Shown: positions 59,328 through 64,000 of the stretch, in pieces
How positions within the stretch are numbered: the first letter of the stretch is position 1
Layout: each line of letters starts with the position of its first letter
DNA from: Trichosphaerium sp. ATCC 40318
Lineage: Eukaryota; Protista; Tubulinea
DNA length: 64,000 nt
Assembly: GCA_038496445.1 (NCBI GenBank)
Contig: JALMLS010000455.1
Span: 558,001 to 622,000 of the forward strand
Direction of reading: 5' to 3'
Notes under the pieces: generated by a model
What the model saw: only the letters and a program-made list of their open reading frames with translations
The model's database searches: none
Told to the model about the DNA's origin: nothing
Translations under genes and position numbers: made by a program

Positions 59328-61455
59328 TTACGATTTTAAATCTAAAGTCAAATGAAAGAAGGACTTTTTGAAAATAACCTCAGCCTGTTGCAACATGTTA
59401 AAAACAAATACAGACAACACTGTGAATATCACGTTTTGGGAAAGGTCACTTATCCTTATCCTTATTTATCCGTACCTTGTTGCTGCCTGGTTTTCGAACT
59501 ACTTCAAATTCATTGAGCTCTCTGAGCATAGCATCTAATACTTGACCTTTTTCTACCTTATCGCGTGATGAAAAAAAAAGACTTATGCTTTACAGCGTAA
59601 CGTACCTCCCTGTAACCAACATATTCAGTTTTAGCTTCTTTATCCTCTAAAGCAAAATGCACCTTTGTGTTGTCGTGAACGATGTAAGTCAAAGCCCATT
59701 TTCCGCATTTAGAATCGTGAATAAAGGCTTTATGTAAAGCTGTCGTAACGTTACTCGAAGGTATCAGCGTACAACATAACATAATTGAAATATAAAAAAA
59801 AGATTACAGCTAACACTTACGGTTCAGCTACAGTATTCTTTGGGCGGTTTTTACCATTGTAAAGAAATCCAGTAGTCTCAAGACACACTAATATTCCTAC
59901 TAATACTGCGATGAGGTGGGCATGTTCTGTGAGCGGATTAGCGCATCGAGGCATGCTACTTTAACACGTGGTACCTTTTTCTAACTTAACAGTCAACTTA
60001 AGTTTTTCTTACTTGAGTAAATTGTTGCAAGTGCGCAGCCAACAGAACTCTCGGAGGAATCTAGGGTGAATATTTAAACCTAGCATTAGTTGTAGTGTTT
60101 AGTGAGCGAGGTACATAAAAGCGGTGAGGTGATTTCGGCTTCATTGAATTGTACTTTGGCATTGCCAACTTCCTGCTGCCACAAGTTTTTTTTTGCACAG
60201 TTTCACCTGTTTAAATACCCATGTAAGTCTCAACTAGTGTCTTTGCGCTCGGGGTAGTAAGTGTATGATGTGACGTCCTCACGGATCAACACTCATTGCT
60301 ATTTGCAAACTACAATCCAAGCCTAGTGAATGTGCATTTGTCACATTCCAATTTCTGGAAAAACAACTGGTCTATGGCCTCATTGTTTTTGCCAACAGTA
60401 GACTGTAATCGCTCTTTCAACACAAAGTGTACGACTTAGCATAAGTTAAGATTCTGAGCTTTTATTGAAGCATACTTTACAATTCATAAATTACTGTGCT
60501 TTCTGCACTTTTCCTTTTGTTGAGTATTTTGCGTACCTAGTATGATGAGAAGAAGGACAATAATTTGCAAGTAAAGGTAATAAGGCGTACTCTAACATAT
60601 AATACAATACATACAACCAGCACCATCAAAGAGCCACATAAAAGAGCAAGTGCGAAACCAACATGTGAGTACCTTTCAGCACTTTGTACTTCATAACAAT
60701 TGGCTACTTGAACAACACAATCGGAAGGATTATCGTGGTCCTCCAAGCATTGACGCTATGAACAATTAATAAGAAGCATAGTGAGACTTCTAAAATAATG
60801 CGATACTAGACAAGGTAACTTACTGACTTTCAAAAAAAAATAGAACAAAACGGGTGTAAACAAGAATACTGCGTACAGCTAGCTTCTCCACTATAGATTG
60901 GTAGAATTTCTCATCACATGTGTCTGGCATACAAACGTTTTGATAGTAAGCGTTACTACTGAAAGAGCACATCTTAGAGTACTTTCTAAGCAAAAGAAGC
61001 GTTAGTGCACGTGTTTTTCAGTTTTTTTGAGTACGGTTTGCAACTTTTAGCTATCTCTTCTGATGCGAAACATTTCTCTTGATTACGCAAGCAAGGCTAT
61101 AAAACATGTTGATTAGAATGCGTACAAAGAAACTAGCTCCAAACAGTATTTAAAGCGTTATAAAATACGTACTCTATACGTCAACTCGTTCTATAATAGA
61201 AAGGTGCTGTTAGCAAGCAAATTGACGCTTATGGAAAAAACGTGTTGGTTTTTATTTTTTTTGTCGTTTCGTATCACGTGACGTACGTTGATGAAGAACG
61301 AGCATGATTCCGTGTAGTGTCCAGTTTCGAATTGACTTTTATCTAAAAATTGATAACAGTTAGCGTTAGTAACTAGTATAAAGCGCTAACGCGTAACTGG
61401 TAGCTATAATAACACATGGGATGGCTAACAAACTTACAAACAGGATAAGCTGCAT
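59328..61455 (-). CDS. Multi-exon hypothetical membrane protein (could be two genes or partly decayed)
   Basis: Possible signal peptide MQLILFVSLLAIPCVIIA; Cys-rich exons (VCMPDTC, DCVVQVANC); TM GFALALLCGSLMVLVVCIVLY; several GT-AG-bounded exons. Full frame continuity not established. Confidence 0.4.
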
Positions 61456-61790
61456 GATTTCGATAAAAATAACAAAGTGCGTTAAGCGAGGACGGAAACT
61501 GTACCGCGGTTGTCATGCTGACTGTTACTTTTTCAGGAAGCGATACAGCATAGACATCTCAGTAGTACAATGTTATGGAGTAGAAATCTAAGATATTTTT
61601 TATAGGTCAGTTAGCACAGCTCATTCTCACCACTATTGAGGTATTTTCTCAGACAGTTGATGTACTGTGTAATGCTACTTCTTTACCGAGTTTGAGCTTA
61701 AACGCGATAATTTTCACAGCATTGTGGCTGTGTAACCAGTGTTCAAGCGTAGAAATACTTGTAGCTGTATTACAAATTGTAAAACAATTA

Positions 61791-63744
61791 GTCAAACATG
61801 AAAAGTGTCCTAAAACAGGTAAAGTGTCCCAAATTTTTTTTTTCACAAACAGAGCTCTAACTAATCAAAACGAGGTCGCTGCACACAAACAACGTGTTTG
61901 ATGCGGTAAAATTTTGAGGCTGATGAAATGAGGAGCCTGATATGTCACGGAACCTAGTTTTAAGTGGATAAGGTGCACGCTTATAATTGTACCAGAATTA
62001 ACTGCAAAAGAGCACGTGATAACCAACACGTGCAGAGAAATTGAACATTAAAAATTTACTGTTAACGAAAATATAAGAAAAAAAACTTGAGGGATACTCT
62101 TCCAATTGGTACATCTTATGCGTGTGTTCTCTGTATTCATCCCGTAACTTGTGGGTTGTGTGTTCCCCAAAAACAAACCAATACTGAAAGGAGACATTGA
62201 TTGCTACTACTCAATAAAAGTTTATCAGATTTCTGTTGTGAAGTGATTCTGTTTCCCAATATTTTCTCTACGCATTGGTGCTATGCTGTTGACTGTAATA
62301 CAAAAGAATTAAAACCTACAACTAATTCCAACAATAAATTCAAGCTATTCTCGAAAGAGTACACATTACTTTTTCTTACTAGTATGTTTTTGCTTTCCCA
62401 CAAATTTACTCACCAGGTAAGAATATCAACAAAGCAAATGCAATGTGATATTATCTCCACAACCCCTATGGGGAATATCACATTGGATTTTTTGACCTTG
62501 GCTAATTGCAAGGTGCACTTCATTGTTCTCACTGAATCTGCTGAAAAAGTGTCAACGTAAACTGAACCTTTTGAATTTCGCTTTCACATGGACGGAATCA
62601 TCCAATTTTTAGTTTCATGTTACCTCAACTATCATCAAATACTGGGCAGGAAACAGTATTAAAGTTGATGTTGGTCCATGATATGAAATGAACACTTTTT
62701 TTGCTCAATATTTTCACTATTCTGCTAGTATTTGATACTTGTTGATCTGCTTGTCTGAAAAAACTTTACCATTTACAACATCTATCCAGTGAACCTATGA
62801 TATTGTTGTGGTGTGTGTTTGTGATTGGTTTTCAGTAACCTATTTATGGCTGTTCACTAGGCACAACAAGTTGTGAAATAAAATAATGTGCAATAGTTAG
62901 AGTGAGCATGCTGCGGCTATGACAGAAAGTTTGATTCTTAATTTGAGCGTATATATCGTGCAATATCTATAGATGCGTTCGCTTGGATTAATTTAAACGC
63001 TTGAAAAGTCTTTGGTGTATGCCTAAACCATTGCAAAGTATTTTTTGAAGAAAAAAAAAAAGAAATGGCTTAAATTCGTTTTTTAATATTTCATGCATAC
63101 TGACTATAAGTTTGACATCTTTAAATAAGCTGTAGAATATATATTGCGTATGGTACCGCTTATCAATCACTCAAAAAAGTTCTTATGCAACATGAAGGCT
63201 GGGGATGTGTACACCTTTCATGCACTATTTTTTGGCTACGATTCATACACACTAACAAATAGAGATTATAGTTCAGGTACAGAATCAATAGGAAATGGGA
63301 TAGTGTATACATGCAAGCAGAAAAAACCCACCTGGAATATTGAGAACAGTAGGGAGAGTGTATACAATAAAAAATTAAAATTTTATAACACAAAGACATT
63401 CCCAAAAAAAGGCACCTGAAGCAAGTATACATGTTTTAGGAATGATAATTCTAGGTGTGTATAGCGGTCATCAATACCACATTACATTATGCGCATAGTG
63501 TTACCTTGGCAGATGATATTAGTAATACATTGGAAATAGGACAAAAGTAGAATATTACGCTAGGAAACAAAGGCTCATCCAAACTATCACAATGTAATTG
63601 GGTGCGCAACAGTGTTTCTAAAATCGTCCTGAACTGGTAAAAAAATATGATAACCAGCACAACATTAAAAACGGAATTACAAAAAAAACTTAGCATTTTT
63701 TTCTGGGACACTTTACATGTTTTGGGACACTTTACCTGTTTGAC
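61791..63744 (+). mobile_element. Decayed ~1.95-kb DNA transposon with ~41-bp terminal inverted repeats and DDE (PIF/Harbinger-like) transposase remnants
   Basis: Left end gtcaaacatgaaaagtgtcctaaaacaggtaaagtgtccca (61791-61831) is an imperfect inverse of 63704-63744. Both ends are flanked by TA. Internal fragments in changing frames: YAVDC, DGIIQFLVSCY, VHD, FKRLKSLW. Confidence 0.7.
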
Positions 63745-64000
63745 TAAATACATCCTTCCACACCTATCTTAAAATAGCAGCACTGGGTGAGTATCCACTA
63801 GTTCTCTACATACCACGCACAACCTCGATGGAAGCTCGCTTTTCTCTATGAACACGAAAGTTTCTCGCCAATTTAGCGTTTTTACTTGTCACGTAAAAAA
63901 ACGTGATCTTAAATTCACAATTAAGTCAATAGACAACATTTCAAGCCTCCACAATACAAGTTAGCAATTGATCCTGTACGTCAACAAACACATAACCAAT

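Overview
This is AT-rich (roughly 35% GC by eye) nuclear DNA of an intron-rich unicellular eukaryote. Introns are short (mostly 40-100 nt) and donors are often GTACGT. A full talin plus CYP51 suggests an aerobic, probably amoebozoan/amorphean protist, but this is inference. Recognisable genes: DNA primase large subunit, a secreted FG-GAP beta-propeller, an ATG27/mannose-6-phosphate-receptor-like protein, a 4xCBS protein, a C-type-lectin/PPTT-mucin/RTX-like secreted protein, a carboxylesterase, a sulfatase, CYP51, SRP54, talin, TRF4/TENT4, an intronless bacterial-looking secreted propeller and a divergent V-ATPase A paralogue. There are also partial gene duplicates, decayed MORN-variant genes and a decayed TIR transposon. 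The most unusual signals are: (1) about 70 copies of the palindrome CACGTG across introns, exons and intergenic DNA, roughly 10x expectation; (2) six GC-AG introns (five well constrained), four of which begin GCACGTG so that the non-canonical donor creates that motif; (3) an atypical tRNA(CAU) nested in an SRP54 intron, whose own intron is an exact 2x26-nt duplication; (4) a V-ATPase A copy with the catalytic Glu replaced by Lys. All gene models were spliced by hand, and internal exon boundaries are approximate.
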